DNA of 64,000 nucleotides from Octopus sinensis. Lineage: Eukaryota. Position 1 is the first letter of the stretch. Every line of letters starts with the position of its first letter. The notes beneath the pieces were generated by a model, which saw only the letters and a list, made by a program, of their open reading frames with translations, was not told where the DNA came from and ran no database searches. Both the position numbers and the translations under genes were made by a program. The stretch covers positions 53,506,001 to 53,570,000 of the forward strand of contig NC_042998.1 of assembly GCF_006345805.1 (NCBI RefSeq). The letters are read 5' to 3'. Shown here one piece after another: positions 12,355 through 24,776 of this stretch.

Positions 12355-13258
12355 ACATTCTTTTATTCTTTATTTGTTTCTGTCATTCGATGACAGTCAT
12401 GCTGGAGCACCGCCTTAAAGGGTTTTGGATAAAGAAATTGACCCCAGGACTTATTATTGTTTGTAAGCATAATACTTATTCTATTGGCCTTTTTTGCTGA
12501 ATCGCTAAGTTACACACCAGCATCAGTTGTCAAGCAATGGCAAGGGTACAAACACTGACACACTCACAGAAATACACACACACGCACATATGATGTACAT
12601 GTTTATATATGTGTATACACACATACACACAAAAACAAACATACATTTATATATATATATATACACACACATATATATGCATATATACATATGAATATAT
12701 ATGTATATATATGTATACGAAGTATGACCATCCACTTGGGACCACAATTAGCTTCTTTTACCTAGGTCGGTGGTTCCCAAGTTTATTTTATCATGGACCC
12801 ATACCACCATTTTAATGAGATTCCACCACCACCACCACCACCACCACTCTGTAATTTAATAAGATATTTGGAAATAAATTTACCCATTTTGGAAATAAAA
12901 CAATGCATAATAATTTAGTTTTAAAATGCTTAATAACATTCTTTTATTCTTTTACTTGTTTCAGTCATTTGACTGCATCCATGTTGGAACACCGCCTTAA
13001 AGGATTTTTAGTTGAAAAAGTCGACCCCAGGACTTTTTCTTTGTAAGCCTCGTACTTATTTTATCGATCTCCTTACTTTATATATATATATGTATACAAT
13101 GACCTTCTTACAGTTTCCACCTACCAAATCCACTCACAAGGCTTTGGTTAGCCTGCAGTCATAGTAGAATACACTTGCCCAAGGTGCCATGCAGTGGGAC
13201 TGAACCTGGAACCATGTGGTTGGGAAGCAAGCTTCTTACCATACAGCCATGCCTGTGT
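12355..13258 (-). mobile_element. Cluster of SINE family B pieces with an intervening hAT-MITE-like end near 12767
   Basis: Family B motifs (GCTGGAGCACCGCCTT, CCAAATCCACTCACAAGGCTTTGG, CTTGCCCAAGGTGCC); CGGTGGTTCCCAA resembles the TIR of the 49467 MITE. Confidence 0.7.
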
Positions 13259-13941
13259 CTCTATTTTCATAAAATATGTTAATGTTAAACTTTATTGAAC
13301 AATATCTGGCAAAGCACCAGAAGTTTTTTTACAGAACCCATTTTGGGAAATGGTGAATTGTTGTTTGGCACAGATCATCTTTGATTGCGTGAATTTATAA
13401 TCAAAGCCTTCTAGTAGGTACCCATCCTGTGATTTATTCAAACTTAGAGCTGGTATGATTATGTTGTGCAGCATCCTTTAGTTGTTAAGTCTAGGATTTA
13501 TTTAAATAAAATGTTTGTAGTCTTGTGGGCTACATAGTGACCTCAATAGTGCAGGTGACATGAATAAGAAGTACTCAATATATGAAATAAAGTGGTTAAC
13601 ATTAGAAAGGGCATCCAGCCATAGAAACCATGCCAATGTAGATATTGGGGCACAATGCAGTCCCTGAACCCATGTCCGACTGTCCAACCCATTCCAACAT
13701 GAAACAAGGACACTAAATGGTGGTGGTGGTGGTGGTGATGATGATATAAGTGCTATTTCTAGCAGGTTCAGTGACCAGTGTGTTTGTTGATAATACAGGT
13801 TTCTCTCTTTACACTTTAGGCAAAAGAAATTGCATGGAAGATCTCGTACAAGAAGTGTGATGTTGCATGATAGTGAGATAAGGAAATTGAATGCTGATGG
13901 TCTATTACAGTTAAATGACACAAACAGAATGTATTGAAAGT

Positions 13942-14165
13942 TTAACCCTTCTGATATTGATACCAACCTGTTTAAGACTGGCCTTGGTTCTATGATACAA
14001 ACTTCCTGGCTTAAAGCGATCTAAGTTTAAACCGTTCATGTAAATTTGTTTTAAACAATAGCTTAATAATGATGAAGTTATTCTTCTAAATTCTTCATTA
14101 TCTTCAAAATTAATCAAAACGATGACAGTGTATTTAACTAGAAGTATGATAACAAAAAGATTAAT
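13942..14165 (+). mobile_element. piggyBac-like MITE relic (related pieces near 42530 +, 56560-56682 -, 61653-61838 +)
   Basis: Begins TTAACCCT; the internal GGTTCTATGATA and TTCTTCATTAT blocks recur in part in the other pieces. Confidence 0.5.
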
Positions 14166-14544
14166 GGGAATTTGCACGAGTGACAGAGTATAAGTGAGCA
14201 AAGTGAATGGAATGAGATTAAAGGTATCAGCTGGAGTGTACAGTCAAGGCTTCCATAGTAAAATAAATGCCCTCATGTGAATGAGTATTGAATAAAATAA
14301 GGTGAAAAGAAAAGTGTTGTGAGTGATGTGGAGTGTATATGTGTAAGACATGATAAAAAAATGAGACACCTAGCAATATGCTATGTCAAACTAATGTCAG
14401 CATGTAAAATAAATCAAACATTAACATACTGCTGTTCAAACCTGGGCACCAAATCGTTAATCCGTTAATCGTTAATTAACGAAGTTAACATTTTCATAAA
14501 TGATTTAACTTTTAAAGTTAAATTTGGAAATCATTATTGGAATA

Positions 14545-14946
14545 CTCTTACTCTTACTCGTTTCAGTCATTTGACTGTGGCCATGCTGGAGCACTGCCTT
14601 TAGTCAAGCAAATCGAACCTAGGACTTATTCTTTTGGAAGCTTAGTACTTATTCTATCGCTCTCTTCTGCCGAACTGCTAAGTTACAGGAACGTAAACAC
14701 ACCAGCATCAGTTGTCAAGCAATGTTGGACACACAAATACATATACACATACATACATATATATATACATATATATATACATATATATGACGGGCTTCTT
14801 TCAGTTTCCGTCTTCTAAATCCAATCAGAAGGCTTTGGTCAGCCCAAGGCTATAGTAGAAGACACTTGCCCATGGTGCCATGCAGCGGGATTGAATCCAG
14901 AACCATGTGGTTGGTAAGCAAGCTACTTACCACACAGCCACTCCTG
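14545..14946 (-). mobile_element. SINE family B, full length, inserted in a TTAAC-rich DNA-transposon-like relic
   Basis: Complete head, internal (TA)n and tail; flanking TGGAATA duplication. Confidence 0.9.
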
Positions 14947-15491
14947 TGGAATAATTAACTTCTGTTACATTTAACTTCTCTTAATCAGTTAATTCCTTAA
15001 GAATGTAAAGGAAGTTATAGATAAACTGTTAACATAATTTTTTATTACAGAAAAAAAAAAACAAAATCAGTTTTTGCTCTAAAACCTCCTAAACACCTTT
15101 AAAATGTGCCAAAACTATAAAAATCAGCTGTTTTGACCTTTTTAAGGGCTTCAGAACCCCAAAATTACAGGTTTTTTTTTTTATGCTTTAGTGTTAAGAA
15201 ATGCTGATTTTATAACTTTAACTTTTAAAAGAACTAAAAAAGGCTGAGTTCATAGTTTTGACCCATTTTTAGGTTTTTAAATGCTTTTGAAACCAGAAAA
15301 GGGTAAAAAGAGTGCAGTGTTCAAGAGACCCTTCAGGGCTACTATGGCCAAGGCATGTACCCACTGGAACTAGCAAGACTGCATCACTGTGACAGTAAAC
15401 AGAATCTACACTGAGGTGGGGAGGTGACTGGTTGTCCCCAACATGACGAGGTGGAACTCCACATGTGACTCTGTGATGATCACAATGAAAT

Positions 15492-15536
<45 letters not shown>

Positions 15537-15785
15537 CGACGATGGTGGTGGTACAGTGCTGGTAGCTGTGGTTTTATTTTGTAGTTGTTTGGCTCCTGAT
15601 CAGATTTTACTGAGGCAACCATTAATCAAAAGCTTTCCTACAATGATCATCTCTTTTTTTACCTTTTTGTATGGAAGCCAAGACCATTCATCCAGCGTGT
15701 TCTTCACTGAGAATAATAGGATGTGATTTGAGGGCTATTTATCTGTTATTCAGAGCCAGTCTAGTGACAGGTAATGTCTGTGATA

Positions 15786-16015
15786 GGCGGCGAGCTGGCA
15801 GAAACGTTGGCATGCCGGGCGAAATGCTTAGCGGTATTTCGTCTGCCGTTACGTTGTGAGTTCAAATTCTGCCGAGGTCGACTTTACCTTTCATCCTTTC
15901 GGGGTCGATAAATTAAGTACCAGTTACGCACTGGGGTCGATGTAATCGACTTAATACCTATGTCTGTCCTTGTTTGTCCCCTCTGTGTTTAGCCCCTTGT
16001 GGGTAATAAAGAAAT
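15786..16015 (+). mobile_element. SINE family A, young full-length copy
   Basis: CpG sites retained; A and B boxes; perfect 17-bp TSD AGGTAATGTCTGTGATA at 15769-15785 and 16016-16032. Confidence 0.95.
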
Positions 16016-16483
16016 AGGTAATGTCTGTGATATAGACACTGATATGGATGAGTGGTAAGAAGTTTACTCCCCTACCACATGGTTGCAGGTTCAGTCCTAC
16101 TTCATGGCACCTTGGACAAAAGACTTCTACTATTACCCTCAGTCTGACAGAAACTTTATGAGTGAATTTGTAGAAAGAATCTGTAAAAAACTCGTGTGTT
16201 TGTGAAAAGGTTGAATTCTATTTCATCCTTTACTTTGGAGAGTTCCAAAGGACGATTTCTAAAAAGATTCTTCATATTTTGTTGGTAGCTTACTGGCCTA
16301 AGATTTTTACGAATATGAAATTATTACATGTATATGGTGTGTTATGATAATTTATGGGAAGTTATCCTATAGAAACTCAAAAAATTTTTGAACGCTGGAG
16401 AAAGGAAGATGTTAAAATTTGAAAATCTATATGTATCTAAAAAGCTCATCTTATATATATATATATATATATATCCATGTGCC

Positions 16484-17066
16484 TTTTATCTTTTACTTGT
16501 TTTAGTTACTAGGCTGCGCCTATGCTGGAGCATTACCTTGAATTTATAATTGAATGTATCAACCTCAGGACTCTTATTTTAATAAGCCTGGTACTTACGC
16601 TATCGATCTCTTTTGCTGAACTGTTAAGTTACAGGGAAATAACACACCAACTCCGGTTGTCAAGTGGTGGTGGTGGAGGGACAAACACAGACACAATGAC
16701 ACATACACATAGGGTAAAGACCCCCTTCGGTCATGAATGACCATGGGATTGCACCTAGAAAGTTACCCTCCTAGATACAAGTCCGGGCAAGGTTGTTTAT
16801 GGAAGACCAGCAGTCGCCCATGCATACCAGCCTCCCCTCTCCATGCCACCAGTGTTATCCAAGGGAAAGACAAAGGTCGACACAGCTTGGCACCAGTGAC
16901 GTCGCAACTCATTTCTACAGCTGAGTGAACTGGAGCAACGTGAAATAAAGTGCTTTGCTCAAGAACACAACACGCAGCCCGGTCCGGGATTCGAGCTCAC
17001 AACCTCACGATCGTAAGCTCGACGCTCTAACCACTGAGCCATGCGCCTTCACATACACATACACAT

Positions 17067-17100
<34 letters not shown>

Positions 17101-17258
17101 CGAGTCTTTTTCAGTTTCCATCTACCAAATCCTCTCATGAGCTTTGGTTGGGCTGAGGCTATAGTAGAAGACACATGCCCAAGGTGCCACACAGTGGGAC
17201 TGAACCCAGAACCATGTGGTTGGGAAGCAAGCTACTTACCACACAGCCATGCCTGCAC
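16484..17258 (-). mobile_element. SINE family B interrupted in its internal microsatellite by a family C SINE
   Basis: Family B tail at 16484-16710 and head at 17095-17258. Confidence 0.85.
16712..17049 (-). mobile_element. SINE family C, young full-length copy
   Basis: Head GGCGCATGGCTCAGTGGTTAGAGCG and GAGCTCGAATCCC; flanked by a CACATACACATA duplication. Confidence 0.9.
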
Positions 17259-18074
17259 CTATATATATTTTCTTATATTAATGTTTGTTTTTATATTCAG
17301 TTATAATAAAAGTAATTTTACATTAATCTGATGGGTTACTCTAGACTTTTGTAGATGTACAGATTTATTATTCTTATATGAAAATGCTATTGACAGTGAC
17401 TTCAAAGTTTCAGCCAGCTAAGATCAGCAGACTGTGAATATATACATATATTTATATGAGTGTATGTGTGTGTATATGTGTCTTCATGTCTGTATTTGTC
17501 TCCTAGCATCATGTGACAACCGGTGTTGGTGTGTTTACAGCCATAACTTAGCAGTTCAGAGAAAGATACTGAAAGAGAATAAGTACCCGGTTTAAAGGAA
17601 CAAAAGAAAATGTACTTGACTCGATGCATTTGGTTAAAATACATCAAGGCGGTGCTCCAGCATGGCCACAGTCTAATGACTGAGATGCATAAGAGATAAA
17701 AGATAAAAGATATCCCCTTTATCCACGAAGTAGGAGTTTAACATGTCATATGTCATCTTCAATTCGAGTTATGATGACATGTCTTGCTTTGGATATAAAT
17801 CAAAGTGTTATTGATATTTTGATCAAATATCTTGCCGCAGGGATATATATATTATGTATTATGTGTTTATGAAGAATTACAAGCTACTGATATTGTTCAA
17901 TTCTTCGGATAATTCTGTCAGTTCACCAGTGTAGTGTACTTTGCGACCTCTGTTTTGGGTGCATTGACGGAAAGGATGAAAAATGAGAATTTTTATTGCA
18001 AAAGTAATGATAACGTGATACTGTTGCATGTTGAGCTTAAAATCAATTAAGCATGCAATTGTTGAATCTATAAA

Positions 18075-18685
18075 TATGTGTGAATATATGTGTATGTGGG
18101 TTTGTGTGTGTGTGTGTACCTGTGGGTGTATGGGTGTTTGTGTGTGTGTGTACATGTGGGTGTGGGTGTTTGTGTGTGTACATGTGTGTGGATGTGTGTG
18201 TACATGTGGGTGGGTGTGTACATGTGGGTGTGTGTGTACATGTTTGTGTGTTTACATATGTGTGTGTGCTTGTGTGTGTGTGCACTTGTGTGTATGTGTG
18301 CTTGAATATGATTATTTGTGTGTAGGTGTGTAGGTGTTATTTGTGTGTATGTGCTTGCATGAGTGTGTGTATGTGTGCGTATATGCATGTGGTAGATTTG
18401 GCATGTGTGAGTTTGTGCATACATGTGTGTGTGTATATGTGTGTGTGTGTGCATGTGTGGGCATATGTGTGTGCGCACGTGTGTGTGTATTTGTGTGTGT
18501 ACACATATGTATGCATGTGTGTGCTTGTGTGCATGTACACATGTACATGTGCATGCATATATACATGTGTATGTGTGTTTACATGTGTGTGTGTATATAT
18601 ATATATATATTATATATATATATATATACATGTGTGTGTATGTGTGTACATGTGTGTGAGTGTGTGTGTGTGTGTGTGCATGTAT
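18075..18685. repeat. Compound (TG)n/(TA)n microsatellite
   Basis: Read directly; source of the many V/C/Y/H-rich ORFs. Confidence 0.95.
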
Positions 18686-19197
18686 GGTAGGGTAATTCCT
18701 ATTCTGTCTTTCTCACTATTTTCCTAATATATCCTGATAAATTTAACCATCACCTGTCAACACTAAAATATGTTGTTTGCACACAGTGACCACATCTTAC
18801 TTTGTTCATTTGTCACACAGGCAGCTTTATATTTGGTTGTATTCCATACTTGGAAGCTCATGGATCAACCACATGGTTCAGGCTTTCTATCTCCTAATAT
18901 AATAATAAGCATAACGTTTTGTTATATATTTTGCCCAGAATCATGCTCGATGTGGAGGAGGAGAGAAAATAATAATTCAGTGAAGGAGATGTACTGAGAG
19001 TAATAGCCCTGACTGAGAGGGAGTGAGAGGAGGAAATAGCAATGAGAGAAAGGAAGGGGGGATAAATAATTAAGGAAGGAAAGGGTGAAAATAATCAGCA
19101 TTTCAACTCTGTGTGTGTATATGTGTGTATGTGTGTGCATGTACAAGGGAAGAATGTGACTGTTTGTATGTGTGATTATTATGTATCTTATATTGTA

Positions 19198-19437
19198 CAT
19201 AATATATTTATATATATAATACTACAATTTATATAATATATAATATACATGATACTACAATTAGTACTATAATTTATATAATATATATAATATATGATAC
19301 TACAGTTTATATATATATATATAATACTACAATTTATATAATATATATAATATGATACAAGAATTTATATAATATATAATATATATATGATACTACAATT
19401 TATATATATGATACTATATAATATATAATATATATAT
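19198..19437. repeat. AT-rich minisatellite with core ATACTACAATTTATATA
   Basis: Core recurs about six times and resumes at 19848 after a SINE. Confidence 0.85.
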
Positions 19438-19448
19438 TATGGGATAAT

Positions 19449-19846
19449 AGGCACAGGAGTGGCTGTGTGGTAGGTAGCTTGCTTACAAACCACATGGTTC
19501 CAGGTTCAGTTCCACTGTGTGGCACCTTGGGCAAGTGTCTTCTACTATAGCCTGGGCCGACCAAAGCCTTGTGAGCAGATTTGGTAAATGGAAACTGAAA
19601 GAAGCATCATATATATATGTATGCATGTGTGTGTATATGTTTGTGCATGTGTGAGTCTCAACAGCGATTGACATTGATGCTGGTGTGTTTACGTCCCCGT
19701 AACTTAGCGGTTCAGCATAAGAGACCGATAGAATAAGTACTAGGCTTACAAAGAATAAGTTCTGGGGTCGATTTGCTCGACTAAAGGCGGTGCTCCAGCA
19801 TGGCCGCAGTCAAAATGACTGAAATGAATAAAAGAAAGAAAAAGAA
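19449..19846 (+). mobile_element. SINE family B, full length
   Basis: GGCACAGGAGTGGCTGTGTGGT head, GGTTCAGTTCC B box, CORE-like CCTTGGGCAAGTGTCT, AAAGA-rich tail. Confidence 0.9.
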
Positions 19847-20402
19847 TAATACTACAATTTATATATATGATACTTCAATTAACTGTCATTATTGACAGCA
19901 CATGGTCAGCTAACAGTAGATTTTGGTAACCAGTCTGCATCTTTCGTTTTGGTGTTATGAATGCAGCAAATGTTCCTGCATAGATCATTGCAATGTTTTC
20001 CCCACTTTTATTTGTTTCAGTCATTGGATTGTGGCCATGCTGGGGCACTGCCTTAAGGAGTTTAGTCAAACAGATTGACCTCATAATTTGCTTTTAAGTC
20101 TGATACTTATTCTATTGGTCTCCTTTCCTGAATGGATGGAAACAAAACAACACTGGTTGTCAAGTGGTAGTGTATGACAAATACTACACAGACACACATG
20201 CAGACACACATGTGTATATATATATGTGTGTATGTATGTATGTGTGATGTGGCTCTGTGGTACGTTGCTTGCTTACCAACCACATGGTTCCGGGTTCAGT
20301 CCCACTGCGTGGCACCTTGGGCAAGTGTCTTCTACTATAGCCTCAGGCCAACCAAAGCCTTGGGTGTGGATTTGTTAGACGGAAGCTGAAAGAAGCCTGT
20401 CG

Positions 20403-20468
<66 letters not shown>

Positions 20469-20526
20469 GTTTGTATATATATATATATGTATGTATGTAT
20501 ATATATACATATATATATATAAATGC

Positions 20527-20762
20527 GCCCTTTTGAAGCCTAGCAAGGCTCATGGGCCCGGCTTCAATGGCGTATGTGTTCCCCAGCTGGATGGGACACC
20601 AGTCCATTGCAGCGTCACTCATTTTTGCCAGCTGAGTGGACAGGAGCAAAGTGAAATGAAGTGTTTTGCTCAAGAACACAACGTGTTCCTCGGTTCAGGA
20701 ATTGAAACCACAATCTAACGATCATGATGCTGACACCCTAACCACTAAGCCACGCGCCTCTA
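20527..20762 (-). mobile_element. tRNA-derived SINE with family C body and family D tail X
   Basis: Body matches 16712-17049; 3' part matches 3497-3620. A similar copy lies at about 54780-55040 (+). Confidence 0.75.
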
Positions 20763-20796
20763 CACACACATACACACACACATATATGTTTGTATA

Positions 20797-20857
<61 letters not shown>

Positions 20858-20904
20858 TATATATATATATGTACGTATGTATGTATGTATTTTAATTTCA
20901 GTGT

Positions 20905-21366
20905 CATCCTGTTATTATTCCATCCCCAGAATTCACTACAATATTCTCTCTCTCTCCTATTTATATTATGTTTTACTCGAACCCCGAAGTTTCTAGATGT
21001 TCAGTAATTTCTGTCGCAGAAAATTCCCTACGTATTAACTTAAAACCTGTTGTTCCTTCGTCGTTATTCCTTTCCCCAAAGATACCCTAAATTCCCTACG
21101 AAATTTTTTCTCTCTCTCTTATTTATATTACGTTCTTCTCGAACCCCGAAGTTCCTAGATGTTCAGTAATTCTGTTGCAGAAAATTCCCTACGTATTAAC
21201 TTAAAACCTGTTGTTCTTCGTCGTTATTCCTTTCCCCAAAGATACCTAAATTCCTACGAAATTTTTTCTCTCTCTCTTATTTATATTACGTTCTTCTCGA
21301 ACCCCGAAGTTCCTAGATGTTCAGTAATTTCTGTTGCAGAAAATTCCCTACGTATTAACTTAAAAC
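20905..21366. repeat. Tandem array, about 159-bp period, about 2.9 units, cut by the RTE 5' end
   Basis: GAACCCCGAAG recurs at 20979, 21141 and 21299 (periods 162 and 158, differing mainly by homopolymer indels). Confidence 0.9.
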
Positions 21367-23924
21367 ATGGAGGCTACGGTTATGGTTCCCGCAACGAGGA
21401 GGGAACCAGGCTGCTGGAGTTCTGCGATGCGAATAGTCTTATGGTCTGCAACACTAACTTCAGGAAACCAACAAGCCACCTGGTCACCTACCGATCGGGC
21501 CGGCATACTAGCCAAATCGACTACATCCTTGCCAGAAAAAGGGAAAGATGGCTGCTTATAAATGCCAAAACCTTCCCAGGCGAAGAATGCACCCCACAAC
21601 ATAGACTGGTAGTAGTGACTTTAGGATCAGGACTAAGAGGGCGACTAGAAGACGACCAACATGGAGAAGAAGGGTCTGGAAGCTTAAAGCCCCTGCGAAT
21701 GGACAGAGATTTAGAGATATGTTACTTGAAGCCTTTGACGAAGTGGAAGGGGGTATAGCTACACATGGGGTAGAAGACAACTGGACGTTTCTGAGGGACA
21801 ACCTGCTGAAAGCCGCTGACCAGATCTGTGGCTGGTGCAAAGTCCCCTTAAGACCCAAAATAACGTGGTGGTGGAACAATATTGTTGACAGGGCTATTAG
21901 ACAAAAGAAACAGGCTTGGAAGGCCTGGAAGAACGGTGGTAGCAGGGAAGGGTATCAGACTGCCAGAAGGGAAGCTAGGAGACAGGTCTATCTAGCCAGA
22001 GGGGAAGCAGATAAGAGAAAATTTGCCAATGTCCTGCGCCGTGAGGATGAAAGACTTGAGGTATTTCGTGTTGCAAGACAGTGTGTGAGAGAGAATCGTG
22101 ATGTGGTAGGAGAGAAATGTGTTCGCATGGAGGATGGTTCACTTGCGCTAAATGAGGATGCAAAGAGAGAAGCTTGGAGACGCCACTATGAAAGGTTACT
22201 GAATGAGGAAAATGAATGGGATAAAGAGAGTCTGCCGAATGTTGACCCTACAGAGGGACCAGCTATCCGAGTTGATAGTTCCGTGGTAGCTAAGGCAATT
22301 AGAAGCATGAAGACAGGGAAAGCCCCAGGCCCATCAGGAATTACTGCAGAGATGCTCAAAATATCTGGCAGTGTCGGCTATAACCTAGTCACCCGTATAG
22401 TCAACCAGGTGATACACGAAGGAGTCATACCCAATGACTGGTGCAGCAGCATACTAGTCAACTGCTACAAAGGTAAAGGTGATGCCCTAGATACAAATAA
22501 TTACAGAGGTATCAAGCTGTTGGATCAAGTAATGAAGGTTACGGAGAGGGTCATAGCCCAACTAATTAGAGAGAGAGTTAGTTTAGATGAGATGCAGTTT
22601 GGGTTCGTGCCAGGGAAAAGTACCACTGATGCTATATTCCTGGTAAGGCAGCTGCAGGAGAAATACCTAGCCAAAGATAAGCCCCTGTACCTGGCTTTCG
22701 TTGACATGGAGAAAGCTTTTGATAGGGTCCCCGATCCCTTATCTGGTGGTCAATGAGGAAACTAGGGATAGATGAATGGCTGGTGAGGACTGTGCAAGCC
22801 ATGTACAGAGATGCCGTAAGTAAGGTTAGGGTTGGCAACATGTACACAGAAGAATTCAAAGTAGAGGTTGGGGTCCACCAGGGCTCAGTACTCAGCCCCC
22901 TCCTATTTATCATAGTACTCCAGGCAATTACGGAGGAATTCAAGACAGGCTGTCCCTGGGAGCTCCTCTACGCTGACGACCTTGCTCTTATTGCTGAGTC
23001 ACTATCAGAACTGGAGGAGAAGTTCCAGGTGTGAAGGAAGGGTTTAGAATCAAGGGGCCTTAGAGTCAACCTAGCTAAAACCAAAGTACTAATAAGTAGA
23101 AAGGTAGACAATCCACAAATATCTTCAGGAAGATGGCCCTGCTCGATCTGTAGAAAAGGTGTAGGTAGAAACTCTATAAGATGTACCCAGTGTAAGCTAT
23201 GGACACATAAGAGGTGCAGCAATGTCAAAGGTAGGCTAACTGGGAAGATAGTTTTTGTATGTGGCAGATGCTCGGGAGCATTAACCTCCGAAAATCTGCA
23301 GAAAACAACTTCCGTCACTTTCCAGGGGGAAAAACTAGAAGTAGTTGATAGCTTCCGTTATCTAGGTGACCAAGTCAGTGGTGGGGGTGGGTGCGCTGAA
23401 AGTGTAACTGCTAGAATAAGAATAGCCTGGGCAAAGTTTAGGGAGCTCTTACCTCTGCTGGTGACTAAGGCCTCTCGCTCAGAGTAAAAGGCAGACTGTA
23501 TGATGCGTGTGTACGAACAGCCATGCTACATGGCAGCGAAACATGGGCCGTGACTGCTGAGGACATGCGTAAGCTCGTGAGGAATGAAGCCAGTATGCTC
23601 CGATGGATGTGTAATGTCAGTGTACATACTCGACAGAGCGTTAGCACCTTGAGAGAAATGTTGTACCTAAGAAGCATCAGTTGTGGTGTGCAAGAGAGAC
23701 GATTGCGCTGATATGGTCATGTGGCGAGAATGGATGAAGATAGGTGTGTGAGAAAGTGCCAATCCCTAGCAGTTGAGGGAACCCGTGGAAGAGGTAGACC
23801 CAGGAAAACCTGGGACGAGGTGGTGAAGCACGACCTTCGAACTTTAGGCCTCACTGAGGAAATGACCAGAGACCGAGACCTTTGGAAATATTCTGTACGT
23901 GAGAAGACCAGGCAGGACAAGTGA
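21367..23924 (+). pseudogene. Disrupted RTE ORF (endonuclease / reverse transcriptase / PHD-like finger)
   Basis: Single-base frameshifts near 21615, 22730 and 23467; TGA at Trp-expected codons 23032 and 23709; natural stop at 23922-23924. Confidence 0.9.
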
Positions 23925-24015
23925 GCCCAGCCCACTTATGAATGCCTTTCCTCCCTTGGACACAAAGACCGGTTGAGGCAAGCGAAGTCGATATAGAACC
24001 TCATCCGACGACAGA

Positions 24016-24776
24016 CACCCATGCCAACCCCCCATGCTTGCGAAGACATGTTGGGGCAAGCGAAATCGAAATCGAAACCGAATTGAACCAGCCAGGATCC
24101 CTGGCCTGGTGGTACGTAAAAAGCACTATCCGACTCGTGGCCGTGGCACGTAAAATACTCCAATGCGACCGTACGACAGGCACCCATGCCAACCCCCTTT
24201 GCTTGTGAAGACATGTTGGGGCAAGCGAAATCGAAATCGAATTGAACCAGCCAGGATCCCTGGTCTGGTGGTACGTAAAAAGCACTATCCGACTCGTGGC
24301 CGTGGCACGTAAAATACTCCAATGCGACCGTACGACAGGCACCCATGCCAACCCCCTTTGCTTGTGAAGACATGTTGGGGCAAGCGAAATCGAAATCGAA
24401 TTGAACCAGCCAGGATCCCTGGTCTGGTGGTACGTAAAAAGCACTATCCGACTCGTGGCCGTGGCACGTAAAATACTCCAATGCGACCGTACGACAGGCA
24501 CCCATGCCAACCCCCTTTGCTTGTGAAGACATGTTGGGGCAAGCGAAATCGAAATCGAATTGAACCAGCCAGGATCCCTGGTCTGGTGGTACGTAAAAAG
24601 CACTATCCGACTCGTGGCCGTGGCACGTAAAATACTCCAATGCGACCGTACGACAGGCACCCATGCCAACCCCCTTTGCTGTGAAGACATGTTGGGGCAA
24701 GCGAAATCGAAATCGAATTGAACCAGCAGGATCCTGGTCTGGTGGTACGTAAAAAGCACTATCCGACTCGTGGCCG
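24016..24776 (+). repeat. 159-bp tandem array (about 4.7 units) in the RTE 3' UTR
   Basis: CACCCATGCC starts at 24016, 24181, 24340, 24499 and 24658; the three central units appear identical. Confidence 0.97.

Noticed and set aside
16975-17049. tRNA gene (also 3750-3821, 43204-43275, 53064-53135)
   Set aside because: A and B boxes are present, but each continues into a SINE body, I found no convincing acceptor stem or oligo-T terminator, and some have TSDs.
21159-21758. 199-aa ORF fusing the tandem array to the RTE endonuclease
   Set aside because: Chance read-through across the truncation junction, frameshifted out of the RTE frame near 21615.
23940-24075. HDV-like or hammerhead ribozyme in the RTE 3' UTR (GCGAA; minus-strand CGGATGA..GAAA)
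   Set aside because: I could not assemble P1/P2/P3/P1.1 or an intact CUGANGA core by eye; kept only as a generic structure candidate.
24016-24776. CRISPR-like array
   Set aside because: Units are contiguous and identical with no unique spacers; eukaryotic context and no cas genes.
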